Assembly (NCBI GenBank): GCA_013265495.1
Contig: MU058650.1
Location: 1,271,290 to 1,335,289, forward strand
Direction of reading: 5' to 3'
DNA length: 64,000 nt
Origin: Vicugna vicugna
Lineage: Eukaryota
The notes under the pieces are model-generated. The model did not search any database. It had not been told where the DNA came from and saw only the letters and a list, made by a program, of their open reading frames with translations. This document shows positions 63,368 through 64,000 of the stretch, one piece after another. Position 1 is the stretch's first letter, and every line of letters starts with the position of its first letter. The position numbers and the translations under genes are program-made.

Positions 63368-63795
63368 TATATTAGTTTCCTAGGGCTGCCGTGACGAAGG
63401 GCCACAAGCAGAGTGGCTTAAAAGAACAGAACTTTGTTCTCTCCCTGCTGTGGAGGCTGGCAGCCTGAGACCCAGGTGTTGGCAGGGGGCTCCTTCCGCG
63501 GGGTCAAAGGGAGCTTCTGTGTCACGCTTCTCTCTCAGCTTCGGGTGGTGTCGGACTCCTTGGGGTCTCGTTGTTTGTAGGTGCATCGCTGCATTCTCTG
63601 CCGCCATCTCCAAGTGACCCTCGCCCCTGTGTGTGCCTCCCTGTTAGAAGGACACCACTCACTGTGTTTAGGGTATAACCTAGTCCAGCATGACCTCATC
63701 TAAACTTGACTGATCTGCCAAAAAAAAAAAAACTATTTCCAAATAAAGTCATTCAGAGGCAGGACTTGTAGGGGACACTAGTCAACCTAGTACAG
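63368..63795 (-). mobile_element. MLT1C/D-like solo LTR
   Basis: tattagtttcctagggctgccgtgac...tatttccaaataaagtca...ggggacac. Confidence 0.85.
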
Positions 63796-64000
63796 CGAGG
63801 TATTCCAATAGACTACCATGGAAGATCCTTGTTACAGAAGAATTTAATTCAGAATGAATAACAAGCATTCTAGTATTGTGAATCTAGTACCCACACTTTT
63901 TTTTCTAAACATCTTTTTATCTCCCAGTTTGTTCCCTGCTATGTAAATGTTGTTCTAATGTTCCTAAAACTGACTTGTACTTCTAGAAAACCACTCTGGG

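Noticed and set aside
1..64000. CRISPR arrays, prokaryotic defence systems or another novel multi-gene system
   Set aside because: The window is a single mammalian housekeeping gene with ordinary transposon fossils. There is no repeat-spacer array and no unexplained long ORF.

Overview
This is mammalian (eukaryotic) genomic DNA. It carries 17 consecutive coding exons of CUL5 (cullin-5; exons 3-19 by human numbering, + strand, 7294-55689), a ~3.4 kb 3'UTR and ~5 kb of downstream flank. All exons have GT-AG borders and join into one open frame of 2209 nt ending ...DINTFIYMA*. The encoded peptides match human CUL5 as I recall it; exons 1-2 lie upstream of the window. Introns are filled with LINE-1, L2, MIR, MLT/LTR16 and DNA-transposon fossils. 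Six tRNA-derived SINEs of Vic-1 type point to a camelid genome (inference). I see no convincing new biological system, and most ORF-track entries are chance ORFs or L1 debris. The most notable items are: (1) a 174-bp near-perfect templated copy pasted into a young L1; (2) an antisense L1 with an intact CpG-rich 5'UTR that contains an in-frame 54-nt cryptic exon candidate; (3) inverted SINEs flanking a frame-symmetric 369-nt exon block; (4) localized GC/CpG-gain patches, including exon 9. Repeat family names and boundaries are by eye and approximate.
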